64,000 nucleotides of DNA, from NCBI RefSeq assembly GCF_009914755.1, contig NC_060935.1; one strand, written 5' to 3'. Below the pieces are notes generated by a model. That model was not told the DNA's origin, did not search any database, and saw only the letters and a list, made by a program, of their open reading frames with translations. Positions 11,849 to 25,740 of this stretch are shown here, one piece after another (the first letter of the stretch is position 1; each line of letters opens with the position of its first letter). The stretch comes from the human T2T-CHM13v2.0 reference genome, Homo sapiens. The translations under genes and the position numbers were made by a program.

Positions 11849-12042
11849 TAAGGTTGTCAGACTTGGAAAATGAAAATACAGAATGTCCAGTTATATTTGT
11901 TGTTTGGATAAACAATGAAAACTATTTTAGTACAAGTATGCTCCAGAAAATATTTGGGACATAATTACACTCAAAAATAATTTGCTTTTTTATCTGAGGT
12001 TCAAATTCAACTGGGTATCCTGTATTTTATCTGGCAACTATA
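11849..12042. mobile_element. MER53 palindromic hAT MITE
   Basis: Ends 'taaggttgtcaga' and 'tctggcaactata'; long internal inverted repeat; 8-bp TSD tttgggac (11841-11848) / tttggtac (12043-12050). Confidence 0.9.
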
Positions 12043-14959
12043 TTTGGTACAGATCATGAATTAGGAAGTTTCTTCTTTTCATGTTTTTTTTTTTCTTCCC
12101 TTTTCTACACCCAAAGCCAGGGACATATCTCAATATTGTGTTCTTATTTCCAAACCCCTTTCTATGTTGGTAAGAAAACCAGGGGGAGAGAGGAACTAGA
12201 GGGTACGAATGGTAAATGAACTTAACCTTCAAACTCATCATTTTTTACCATTATTATTTCACTTACACATTTGCTGCGTTACAGGAACTGCTGAGTAAGA
12301 AGCCATGAAAATCTTTGTCAAACACACGGTTGCCTCTCCCTGAACTCCCTTCTACCCATCAAACACCATAGCCTGTCTGCCACCTTCAACATTGGCTGAT
12401 GACTTCTTATTTTCTACTCACTATGCTTGGGGAGCCAACTAGACTTACCAGCAAAATCAGGTGCATGTGTATAAGACACAGTTAGACTCAATAAACAGAT
12501 TCAGTCTAAACTTCCATTGTGTGTGGGGACAGGGATGGGGAACATCTTGGGTGAGGCAAAGAAAGGACCACTGGTCTTACCATAAGATTTTCCAAACAAA
12601 CTTGAACTTTTAAAATAACTTGATTTAAAAATCAAAGGAACAGATTTAAAGTCTTGTTTTTGATATAATGTCCTTTTAAATAGAATTTGAATTAAAGAGT
12701 GGGTTGGAAGATTGGGAGGAATGTTAGCAGAGAAGTGCAAGTGGAAAAAAAGATAAAAATAAATGTTGTTCTCATTATATCCTTTTCTGATTGCATTTGG
12801 TGGCGAAATGATCAGTAGACTTGTTTTCCAGTCTCAATTCAATTTCAATATTAGCACGTAACCTTGGGGGAGTCACAAAGCCTTTCTTATTGTCAATCTT
12901 TTCATTTGTACAATGAGGATATTTGTAGAATTAGACAACCTCTAGTTTAATGGCTAATGAATTGTATCATTTTTCTCAGGATCTACTAAACTCTCAGATC
13001 TTTCCATTAATCTGAATCACAGCTTAAACTCATAGTTATCCTGACAACCTCATGACAAGCAAAATATCAGCTGATCAAATACCATTTGTTTCATCTATAG
13101 GACTGTTCATTAAACACAAAAAATAATTTCCCCCTTATCTTCTACAGCGAAAACCTACCCAAACTGTGGGCTCAGGGCTAACTCTAATAAAATACCATGT
13201 TGGACTCAGACCCCTCTGATCTAATTAGTATAACCTGTATTTGATGTGGAATGCTTTCCTGGCTCCAGAAAGAATTGTATTTTGTTAGATATTAAGAGAC
13301 TTGTTATTTAGTATTAGTGGGAACTGGAGAGATAAGTTAATTGGTCTAGAGCAAACTTGAAGGCAGTGTGTAGCCCTATAGGTATAGGGAAGGGTCTAGC
13401 CCTTAATTCTGACCTGGAGTTTGGGTTATTCTGAATACTGTAAACTCTCCAGGGAATTTATATTAAGGAAAATTAGGGCTACTGTTGCTGGATGAAATTA
13501 TTGATTTAGACGGAAAATGACACGTTCATTATTTTAATTGAGGTGTTCAGTTTGGCAATTTAAGTAAGGGTTGTAAAAATGATCAAGAAATAAGGATCAA
13601 AGAACCTAAACTATCATAACTCTCCAAAATCCATCTGGACCAGCTCTCTTCCTCTAGGAAGATGGGGCCTAATCCCCAAGAAGGAAGTCAGTCAATGATT
13701 TTCTTTCCCTTGATCCACAACATGTACTGCTAGAAAGTTGTATTTTATGTCTCACCTAGAAGTCCCTTTGGCAGTGTAAGCATTTTGGAAAACAGTCCAT
13801 GGTGGAAAGTGTCCTGGGCTTTTGGCAGTTTCCTGACAAGTTTTGTTACAGGTTTCATTTGCTCTTTTAATGGGATTTTTCTCTGAGCTATTGGCAGTCA
13901 GAGAGGTTCAGACAACTGGCTGAACAGGAGGCATCATAGGATCATAGAATTGTAGAGCTGGAAGGAACTCCTGGGCTTGCCATTCAGACAGCAATCATTT
14001 TGTCTTAGGTTCAGCTAGGAGGTAGCGAGGCCGGGATGATTGTATCCAATCCTTTTTGCCACATGACTAGACTGATAGAGACCTTTAAATGTCAACAAAG
14101 CAATTTTGAATGGGATTCAGAGCTCACTAGGAAGCTGGTATCAAAGCTGTGATGTTAGAGGACTCATAGAAACCAAACGCCTTGCTGCATCCCAAAGGCA
14201 GCGTTTTGCATGGGCTTCAGGCTGCCACAGCTTTATCGGCATGTCTGCATTTGCAGTGATGCATGCTAGAAGCTATGGTGCAGATCTCTGTCGCCACATC
14301 TGTGAAGGTCAGACGCCACCTAGAGATATTCAAGTCTCCTTTGTTTCCCATCTTCCACTCACAGGGATTGGTAACAGTTCTTTCAAAGACTGGGCTTTAA
14401 GGAATTGACAGCAGGTAGAGAGGGAACAAACAGCATGTGAATGCAGAGCAAGTGGTGGAGGCCGGCACAGGGATTAGGGGCACCATGATTAAATTGGCCT
14501 CGAAAGCCCACACATCCACTCACAGACTAGACATGATTATGTTCCTGTTTGTCTCTGTGCAAAGCCAACTACTTCTACCCTGGTAGGAGTCACTGGAGAG
14601 GTTAGGAGAGATAAAACCAAAATCTAGATTTCCCTGGTCAGTCTATTGATTCTCTATTAAATTGCAAGAAATCAAAACAGATCACCAAGGTTTTGTCTGT
14701 CAGCTGATGTTTGTGTATCATATGTATGCAAAGTCTCAGAGCCAGGAGGGCCTGTACTCCACACCAAATCTCCTATGCATTAAAATCAGGGTGGCGCCTC
14801 ATGAACACTTCACCTATTGTTCTTTCATTGCCAAGTGGGGAGAGATAATCACCAAGGTACGCACTTACAAGACCAGTCTAGAGACCTCACAAGTCAGGGT
14901 GAGTCGAGCAACTCACTTGGGTAAGCTTTCATAGATCCACCCATCTTCCCATTTACCCA

Positions 14960-15620
14960 CCCATCTGTTCATTCATTTATCCATCCCTCAAAAAAATGGC
15001 TCAGCCTACCATGAACTGAGTTGAAGCTAAGTATACCTTGGTTAAAAACAAACAAACAAACAAACAAACAAAAACAGACCTGGGCTTCATCCTTGCCATT
15101 ATTTTATAGTCTAGTAATGGAGTCTAGTCCTCAGTCTTAGAGAGAACAGCTAAACTGCTGGTAAATTATTTGTCTGATTTTCTTACCTTATATGTGTATG
15201 AAAATCTGTTATTAGGTGCAAGTAAATTGGTGAGTACTACCACAGTGCACATGATGAAATAACGGAGAATAAGACAGGGGTAGAGGGAGGTTTCCATAGG
15301 TAGAATGATCCAGAGAAGGGCTTCTGGAGAGAGGACACCTAGGCTGAGGCCTGAAGGATAAGAAGGGACCAGGGATGAAAAGAGCAGACAGAAGAGCATT
15401 TCAGGCAGAGGGAGCAGAATGAGGGGAGGCAGTGAGGTGGGGGAATAGCTCAGCATGTTTCAAGGGACTGAAAGAAGCCATCGTGGCTGGGCTGGGTAGG
15501 TGAGGGAAAGAGTGAAATGGAATGAAAGGGAAGGGGACAGAAGCCACATCATGTAGGTGGTTGAAGGCCATAATAAAAAGTGGGATTTTATTTTAAGTGC
15601 AATGGCAAGACATTGGAGGG
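14960..15620 (-). mobile_element. L2 fragment containing (CAAA)n
   Basis: 'ttcattcatttat' tail in reverse; 'gagcatttcaggcagagggagcag', 'gattttattttaagtgcaatggcaagacattggagg'. Confidence 0.75.
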
Positions 15621-15951
15621 AGGGATGGAGGTATAAAGGATTCTTTGAGCTGCTGTGCCCAGAGGAAATTGGAGGAGGGCAGTAGCAGATGTCGGGAGGC
15701 CATTACACTCAAATAAAGTGAGAAATGCTGGCGGCTTAGACTGGAGTGAATGTGGGGCAGAGCTGGCTGCCCACCATTTTTGGAGCACTCAGCCTGAGCC
15801 ATCTGTGCCCAAGAATGCTGTTGGAGGATTCTGCTAGGCAGCCATCATCAACCTGCCCCTTCCTTTGGTTGTTGGGAGTCAGGTGATCAGCACCAGGTAC
15901 CGTGTCCTCCTCTCACGTAGCAATTGCTCAATGGCGTTTCACGAGTGATGG

Positions 15952-16420
15952 TATAGCAGGCTGCATAATGAGGGACCATTTGTCCCTAAGGGTGTCTAGG
16001 CCCTAGTCTCTGGGACCTGCAAACAAGATGCCACCTATGGAGAAAGGAACTTTGCTGATGTGGTTAAGAATCCTCAGATGGGGAGTTATCCTGGATTATC
16101 CAGATGAACCTGATGCAATGGCAAAGGTCCTTATAAGTCAAAGGCAGGAGCAGGAGACCTGATGATGGGAGAAAGAGGTTGGACAGCTGCTATGAGGGGC
16201 CACGAGACAAAGCATGCAGGCAGCCTCTGGAGGCTGAGAAAAGGGAGGAAACAGACTCTCTAGAACCTGCAGGTAGAACCAGCTCCGCAGCACCTTGACC
16301 TTAGCCTAGGAAGACTGCTTTGGTCCTCGGCATTTCAGAACCGTAAGGTCATAGATTTATGTTGTTTAAGGCCACTACGTCTGTGGTGATCTGTTACAGC
16401 GGCAGTAGGAAACTAACATA
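15952..16420 (+). mobile_element. MaLR solo LTR (MLT1D-like)
   Basis: 'gaactttgctgatgtggttaag...gagttatcctggattatcc...gcaggcagcctctggaggctg...tgttgtttaaggccacta...gttacagcggcagtaggaaactaa'. Confidence 0.85.
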
Positions 16421-18834
16421 GACAGCAATGCTGAGTACATTGTGGAGGCTTAAGGCCCACTTCACTGGCAAGATCTTTCTCTTCACCTCCAAAACTCCAT
16501 GTTCTAGACCCACTGGGAGCTAGAGACTGGCTCCCATTCTCATGCATCCCTGGCTCTTTCCCTTCTGCAGAGCAGCCATTGAGGGAATTCAAGGCTTGGG
16601 CATCTGGAAGTGGGTGGGCTCAGGAGACATAACCAAGAAAAGCAAACAAAAAATGCATTTGTTTTATTTCTTTTTCATTTTTTATAAAAGTCCATTTTAG
16701 TCAGTCTAGGGAACAATGGTGAGAGTGTCATGTCTTTAGAACCAGCATTTGTTGGCAAATGCCTGGTCTGGTTCTCCTCCATGATGTAATGCCTCCTCTG
16801 CTTCACGCAGACCACACTCTGGAGCTTCCCACCCATTCTCTAGCCTTGGCCTTTCTCCCTTGCCCTCTCATCTCTTTCTCCAGTCTTTCTTCATCCCAAG
16901 CAGATGGAGTGTGTACCCTTAGACCTGGAGTCCAGCACGCAGGCCCCTGCGGGTGTGAGATGGGCTGGAAGCTTGAAGAGAATTCGACCCGGAGGGAGAA
17001 GCATGCCATCTTATTAACTGCAACTTTACTTCAAGAAATCACGCATTTGACCTGAGATCAGTATGTCCTGTATCTGGCTGCAATCTGCCTCCTCCCCTGG
17101 AGCCTAGGGAATGGCTGACTCTCATGCTTCTTGCCCTGGATGACCAAAGGCCCTTGGCTAATATTTTTTCTGTGAAGCGACAGGGTTCACCTGTGCAAGA
17201 GAGGACAGAGGCATCTAAGAAGATTTCCAATCCCGCCTGCACATGGCCCTTCTCCTGCCTGGAGGCCGGTGTGCAGCCCTGCCTGGGGGGAGAGGAGGCA
17301 TCAGAGGGATGCTGAAGGTTCCTTTGGATCCTTTGACCTTTTCCCACATAGACTCTTTTTTTGATACCAAGACTAATGATCTGGTAACCCTCCAGAAAGG
17401 CATCCGGGAACAGGGGCTTAATTAGGACTCATTTATAGGAAGCTACTGCATATGCAGTTCCAGCCGGTTTCCCTAAGGGCCCATGGAGGAGATGACGGGG
17501 AGGTGACGTGGGTCAAGATTTAGACTCTCCCTTTCTCAGAACTGTCTCCTATATCCTACCTGGTTCATGCTTCCCATGCTCCACCTCAAATTTTAAACAA
17601 AGCAACTGCTGACTAACCTACATATCTTTATTAAGAACTACCCACCTTAGCCTAGGGAGATGCATATTTAGCATTGTGATTATTTGGGGTTAGCTATTTT
17701 CTTCTTATGAATACACATGGGGATTTTCCTTTTCCTCGTAACTTTGTTATGGTGGCTGCCTTGCTAATAAGGGTTGTGCCTGTAAATGCATTTTACTTCC
17801 GTAATTATTGGGGGATTTACATGCTCTCTGGAGATATTAACTGTTCTGATGTCCTGTGAGTAGGCAGTGGTCAGGAGCACAAGCCCGTGAAGAATCCGTG
17901 GATGGAATAACACTGAGAGTTTGCAAGTTCAAATCTGAGCCCTGCATTTTGTCCGCAACGTAGTTAACTTGATGTAGGCATCCCGTCTACTTTGCCTGAT
18001 GGAGGAAGGGAAGGGGTGTGGTTTATTTTGTCTGAGCACAGGAGAGCTCAGGATTCTGATAGGCTGTTGCAGGGATAGCTGGGACATCTGAGAACGTCAC
18101 ATTTGAATGTTTCAGAATATTTCAGAACTTGATGCCTGGCCAACTTCAATCTGCTGCCTGCCTTCTTCCTCCTCTGCCAGATTCTCCATCACACCCTTGC
18201 CGGGGTCTGAATGTGTATCTCCTCCCCACAAGGTTTCCCATCTTCAGTCTGATTACAGAATATTACCACTGGAACCAGGTGCTTGGAAGTCAGTGTTAGA
18301 TTGAGAAATGTATGTCACGTACCTGAGTCTTTAAGGGAGCCATTAGTTTTTGATCAGGCGCAAATTAAGTAGAAAATCAGAAGCGGCAAAGTCCTTCTGG
18401 AATCTGCTCTGTGACAAATTTCTTGGGCAAATCTCAGAATCCCCCAAATTAACAAGCATCTTTCAAAGTAAATTGGGCCATCCTCCCCGCTCCAAATCAT
18501 ACAGAACCTGAGCACTTCTAGACAACTATCTGGGCAGGAAATTGTATGAGAGCACTTTTCCCTCTCCCGCCCTTCCAAGGAATGTATACCAGTATAAATC
18601 AAGACGTCAGCATGCAGGAAGTCATTGCAGATGGCTAATTTTACTCCTTCCTCCTACACTTCAAATCCACTTGCTTATCTGATGCATTTTACATGTGAGA
18701 TTTATTTTTCCTTCTAAATTTTAAATAGTTGTTGAATATTGAGGGAATCATCAGCTTAAGATCAGGGACTATATATCTTCCTGCTCTTGTTTCTACTTTA
18801 TAACCATGAATGAAGTAGTCTGCAAACAGAAAAT

Positions 18835-19260
18835 AATCAATAACAAGATCTACTTTTGCTGAGCATTTATTATGTGCCAGGAATTGTATTAGATGCCCTA
18901 CATCTTTGCTACACAAAGTGTGGTGCCAGGACTATCAGCATTTTCATCACATGGGAGCTTTTTAGAAAGGCAGACTCTCAGGCCCCATCTCAAAGTTGAA
19001 CAAGATTCAACATTTGAACAAGATCCTTAGATTATACATATGCATATTATAGCTTCAAAGGTGCTGCTTTGCATCCTTTCACTTATTACTTAGAGTAACT
19101 CTAGGATGTAGGACCTATTGCACCACTTTATAGATGAGAAAACTAAGGCTCTGGAAAATTAAACAAGTTGCCTAAGATCTCACCAACTAAGTGTCTGATA
19201 GGGGATTTAAATTCAATTTTCTGTTTCTCCATATTCCATGCCTTTCTAGTTCTGCTATGA
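18835..19260 (-). mobile_element. MIR with nested MER5-family MITE (~18900-19068)
   Basis: The MIR segments 'gagcatttattatgtgccagg' and 'tagatgagaaaactaaggctc' are split by the MER5-like 'gctacacaaagtgtggt...gcagactctcaggcccc'. Confidence 0.7.
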
Positions 19261-19929
19261 TGAGTTAGAGGAGAATCCATTCATAGTAAAGATTCAGCAC
19301 CCCCAAACATCTGCATTCTCTAAGTTTTGAAGTTTTCTAGAATAAGGCTGATGTCGTTAAACTGTTTAAAGGTGTGGACCTGTAGGACCTCTACTAGTGT
19401 GTGTAGTTCATTTATTCATTCACACAAAACATGCTGTTGTTGCTGAGCTTCTTCCTATTGGTAAGTGGTGGCATGATAGGTGCTTCCAGGGGCACAAAGT
19501 CGACTAAAGGGCTTGGTGCTTGCCTGGAAAGATGTTTGTTGCTGACAGTCGTGAAAAAGCTAGCAGCCCCGAGACCATGAGCGCTTTCTGATGTCAACTC
19601 AGAATCCGCAAAAGAGGCAGGCTGCCTGGAGGTCAACAAATCCAAACTGACTTGCAGGTAATAAAGTATCTCGTTCTGTCTGCATTGTCAGTCAGGGTGC
19701 AGCACCTTCCATCTCTTATCTAGGAAGGGAACTGTAGACAGCAATTCCAGTTCCTCCAGTGACATCAGCAGCCAGACTCTGCATTCCAGCACACATTGCT
19801 CATAAGTAGGGTGTTTCCATTTCCCCGAGGCTTCTTTAGGAGGAGGCTACAAGTGGTGCCCACCTGACCAGCTGGTTAGGGAGGTAACCCTGTGTGTTTA
19901 ACTTCCACTTCACCCTCCCTTCTGAGTGG

Positions 19930-20090
19930 AGAATGAGCTTGAAGCTGCCATGCAAATAAACTCTAATGACTTTCTTCTTGCATTTACATTATTAGGCGTT
20001 CCTTTGACTGACGTTATGATGATAAATGAAAAATGCCTTGCACCATTACATCAAGCACTAATGCAGAATAGGAAGAATTTCTGCTCTCTC
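19930..20090. promoter_or_regulatory. Candidate enhancer island (octamer/FOX/TCF/homeodomain motifs)
   Basis: Perfect ATGCAAAT at 19950-19957 overlapping AATAAAC, plus CCTTTGA and several TAAT/ATTA cores; non-repeat. Confidence 0.3.
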
Positions 20091-20465
20091 ACTTATTTTA
20101 GGGAAAGAAAGGAAAAAAAAGAAAGAAAATAGCAGATGGGAAATCAATTGGATCCCTATGTCCTGCTAAGGTATTTGCATACAGGCTGCCAGGAGCTCAG
20201 TGCCACTCACACTGCACTGGAGACAGGGTCTGTGTCTCTTCCTTGCCTCTTCTGTACTGCAAAGTCTGTGCCAGCTGAATTTCAGTTTCTCAGGGATGTA
20301 CGAACCACTTAGACCCATTTGACAGGCAGGCAAACTGAGTTATGCACCTTCCTCAAGTTATTTCAGATAAATGCCTGGAGGATCTGATTGACCTGTGAAG
20401 CAGCATGTTTATCTCAGCAGGAGCATGCTGATAAGTTACCGTCTAGTTTGCAATTGCTTAGTTGT

Positions 20466-21109
<644 letters not shown>

Positions 21110-23599
21110 TAATGTGATATTTGATACCTCTTGGAGTGTTTGTTTTTGGTTTAGGTGGGCTGAGAAATAATTCAAATGAAATAACTGATGTGCAAGTTTC
21201 TGTGCATCTCTGGCCATAGTTTCCCAAAAACGCCCTATAGTTCCTGCCGCGAGTTACAAACCCTCACACCTAAACAGTTTGGCTTCAGGTGCCTCAATCA
21301 ATAGCAGCTCTTTGATGTTAAGGCTCAAAGACACTAAAGCAAATAATATACACATTAAAAGCCCAACAACATGATAACGGGAACTTAGAACTCTGAGAGA
21401 GGAAAAAGTCCAAAGGCTTCCCTGAAGCCAGGGTCGAATATTGGCTATCCTTCACAATCACTAAAACAACATATTGATAAGACACAGCCAAGTTCATGGT
21501 TTCTGGCACTAAGGAAAGCCCCACACCTGCATAGTGTCAGTAGTGCCTTTGAGGGAGAAGGGCAAAGCAGGATCACTTAGGAGATTTTGAAGCCTGGTTT
21601 AAGGCAAGTCTCTCAATGCAGGAGCTAGGGAGGGGGCTGATCAGTATCTATAGGAATCATGATGTAATCATGTAGGATCACTGGATATAAAGAGTTTGGG
21701 GGTAGAAACTGTCCTTTAATTTTTTTTTTCTTTTTTGGTAGCTTAATGGGTCTTTCGGTAAGTTCTTGGGAGGAACAATAAAGTTATTTGCAACTGTTAT
21801 CTTCCTGGGCAGTAGTAGAGTTGTGTTGAGGAAGACAGTAAAATAGTCAAGACTTGTTAATGTAGCTGGTAATGTGTGCAGAAATCTTGGACTCTCACCA
21901 GGCGAGACATGAGGCTGATAGTGGTGGAGATGCTTTCTGGAGGTGGTGACCAATGGCCACGCCTGCTGGGAGGTTGCCAGTGTCCCACTTTGGGAGGCAT
22001 CACTGAGGGCTGGGGGGTCTTTGAGGCGTATGCTTCAAGCTCCTTGTCCTCATTAGGCCAAGAGGTCATCTTTCCCTTCAGATTCTTCTCAACCTTGCTG
22101 AAGACTCCTAGTGGCCATAATCTGGGTGTCAGGATGAAGTCTGGGAACTGAGTGCACATCCCTGATTCCATACACACATTTCTTTGTGGACCCCTTGAGT
22201 GAGGAGGACAGAAATCCTGCTCCAGGACAGTGGTGGGAAGGGTGGCTGCACAGGGGTTAAGAGCCATGGGAAGCCAGTGCATCCCCACAAGGGCACGACC
22301 CTGAGCTCCTCCACACACCCGAGGAACCCTGCTTTTAGCTCAAAGGAGCCCCGTATGCTGTGGAGAATTCCTCTGCTACCAGCCTCTGAGAAGTTGTACT
22401 GAGCAACTGTGAATAAGAAACAATTAAATTTGCTAAAGGTCTGCGAAATCAGATCTAATCTCTTTGGGGACTTGGAAAAAACAAGCAAACAAAAGAGCTG
22501 AGTTATCGATTGCTGCATTTCGGCGGCTCTTAATCTGAAATGAAATCAGGACCCAAAGGCCAGAGACCCCGATATCCATTCTGCGCTTGTCGGAAGGCCC
22601 ACCTGTCAGAGCCCGAACTTCTGCTCAATGGCTAAATTAGTAGGCAAGTGGCAGGTTGCAGAGAGCTGTGGCCATTGGGCTTTCTTGGGGCACGAAAGCG
22701 GAGGAAGAGCTGGCATATTTTCTTAAGTGTAAAGCAGTGGAGTAAATTGAGTTCACTGGGTCAACATTCCTCCTCCTCTATCCACAGAAGCACCTCACCC
22801 AATCAGCAGACTTTCTCTCCAGCCTTAGATCTCCCTCTTATGAGATGCTGTCATTCTATTATCCTCCCCCAAGTTGGTCTTTACCCCTTTGACCTTCAGA
22901 GGTGGAGAGGGCAGGAGGGCAATGGTTCTGGTGGTCAGGGGCTTGCCAGGAAGGAGAAAGATGCTGACCTTGAATAAACGACATATGTAGCTTTCCTGAG
23001 TTAGGTTGCATCTGGGATGCAGTGAAAGGTAGCAGCAGTCTCGCTGTGGCTGTCCAGTCCAGAAGCAGAAGACCGGCACCTGAGATATCAAGGTATCCAA
23101 TTTGGGAATGCTTTTTCTGTGGGTGTGTAGAATTGCAGGAAAGACCATAGCATATTCCCTGAAGTGAACCCAAATAAGGTCTGGGATAAAAAATCTGAAT
23201 CTTTAGGCATTAACTGTGAAAATGTCTAGTCAGAATGTCTTTAAAATGGCAGCTTCTCTTATCAGTGTATTTGTGCTGAGAAAAAAAAATAAGTATAGCT
23301 TCTCAGTTTACCTTCTCTGATCCAGGGACAAGAAAGAAGAAAATGACCACTACCTCTTCTTAATAAGACCCCTTGATCTCTACACTCTCTGGAAAACCAC
23401 ATCAGGATTTACCTCACAGGGTGGACAAATCTGAAACATTCTAAATAAAAGTTTGAAATTCCCATTTTGCAGTAAATGTGATTGGGCCTCCCTTAATGCC
23501 TCCTGTCCCTCGGTGTTCTACCTGTACTTCCCACTTCACCTGGTGTCTCAGCTAAACTTCTTGAAAGTGGGTCTCTAAGTTTTCAGTTATCGTGTATTA

Positions 23600-24650
23600 C
23601 ACAGTTCATTGCAAATCAACTTCCATCAGGACATGTGTCAAGGTCAACCATGACCTTACCATTGACTCATCTTTTCATTTCTTCAACACAGTTGCTTTGA
23701 AGGGTTGGCATGATGGGCCTCCATCCTTGAAGTGCTTTGCAATCTTGACCCCCAGGTCGCTGTATTCCTCTGCTCCTCCTTCTGCCTCCGTGAAAACCCA
23801 TGTTTGCTTTTCTTCTTTTCTCTGAGCTAATATCGATATCTGTTGAGGTTTCATCCTTGTCTCTCTTTTACATGTCGACATACCATCTGGGTGATCTCTT
23901 TATTACACGACTTCTACTCTCAGTTTCACAAAGATGACTCTGAAATTTACATCTTTCACCAGATCTCTCCCCTGGGATCGAGGTTCATGTTTCCACCTAC
24001 CCATTAAACATGTGGACTTGAATATGCAAGAGGCCTCTCAAACTCAGTATGTAGAAAACGTTATTCTCAAACCTTCTCCTCCCCTTGATGTTATTATTGG
24101 GATCGATAGCATCTCAACCACCTGGCGGCCCAAGCTGAAACTGTTGGTACGCCTGTCACTCTTCTCTCTGCCCACCTCCTTATTCAGTGTAAGTTCACAC
24201 TTCTTAGCTGAGCACGTGAACATCACCGTAAGTTGGCCAAAACTGCCTTTCCAGGCTGCACCTGCATCCAACCTGGGCCAGTTTTCTACACTTGCATATT
24301 TCCTCCCTACTTCTTGATTTATCTACATATATCTACTATGTGTGGCCTCTTTCCTCTTCCATGCCCTCAGTGCCTTATCCTATGAGACCTGCTTTGGATG
24401 GCGGCCCTCTTGCATGCCCTCTCTATTCTCCTCAATGGACCTGGCCACCTCCTCGTGGTCACTCCCACACGACATGCTTCCCCCTCTTTGTGTCACACTG
24501 TGTGTGACACATCTGTCTTCATCCCCTAGACTTGAGGAAAGAACAGGAAGAAATTAATACTTTAATCTTTGTATCATTTCAACCTCTTAGCACAATTTCT
24601 GACACATAGTAGAGCCTCAAAAAAACCTGGCCTGATAATTGAATAAATGC
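23600..24650 (+). mobile_element. L2 fossil
   Basis: 'gtcaaggtcaaccatgacct', 'gatgactctgaaatttacatc', 'tctcaaactcagtatgt', and tail 'gcacaatttctgacacatagtagagcctcaa...tgaataaatg'. Confidence 0.7.
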
Positions 24651-24670
24651 TTGGATTAGAAATAAATTCT

Positions 24671-25039
<369 letters not shown>

Positions 25040-25539
25040 TCACCTGAGAACTGGAAGGTGGTGATGCTTTGCGTCTGATTTTTAAGGGATTGAGGGATGG
25101 TGACAAGAAAACTGAAAATGAACGTTGTGATTCCCTAAGCCTCTCAGGAGAGAGATGCCAAGGGAGGGGGTAGCTGCCTTGTAAAAGAGTTCAAAGAGCA
25201 TAGGAGAAATGGGGAGAACACCTGGGTTCTCCATTCCTTCACAGTGTGCACAAGGACCCCCCGCCCAGCCTCAGGGTTCTATTTGTAAATAGGGTCAAGA
25301 GACCCACTCTACCAGGTTGTTGCGAGAACTCAGTGAGTGCCCTAAGTGTTTTCACAGTCATTTAGGAACCCAGATTTGAGTGTCATTACTTTTTAGAGCA
25401 ATCATCTGTGATGCTAATGATAATGATGCTTGTGAAAAAAATAAGAATAATAAGGACAAAAAGTGACACACAAATAAATAGCTGTTTATCTCGCATAGGA
25501 GTGGGGAAACAAATGAAAATATTGGAGAACACCAGAGCC

Positions 25540-25740
25540 ACTTAAATTGACAACTCTGGTGTTTCCATATATGCTATTTGAACACATCCAGCTGGGGGTC
25601 TCTCGTGCAAACAAATGGTAAAGAATGCATTTTTTTCCTGTCTCCATATCACCAGGGTTTTCTGCTCACACAGTGTTGCGCTAATTGCATATTCAGTAGG
25701 ATTTATAATGCAATTATGAATTCATACCATAAACCTTTCC
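25540..25740. promoter_or_regulatory. Candidate enhancer island (POU/homeodomain)
   Basis: TAATTGCATA at 25682-25691, palindrome TATGAATTCATA at 25715-25726, CCATAAA at 25727, and FOX-like GCAAACA. Confidence 0.3.

Noticed and set aside
21857-22318. 153-aa minus-strand ORF with a protein-like C-terminal part
   Set aside because: No recognisable family, weak acceptor and no supporting exon chain. PhyloCSF or BLAST would be needed to revive it.
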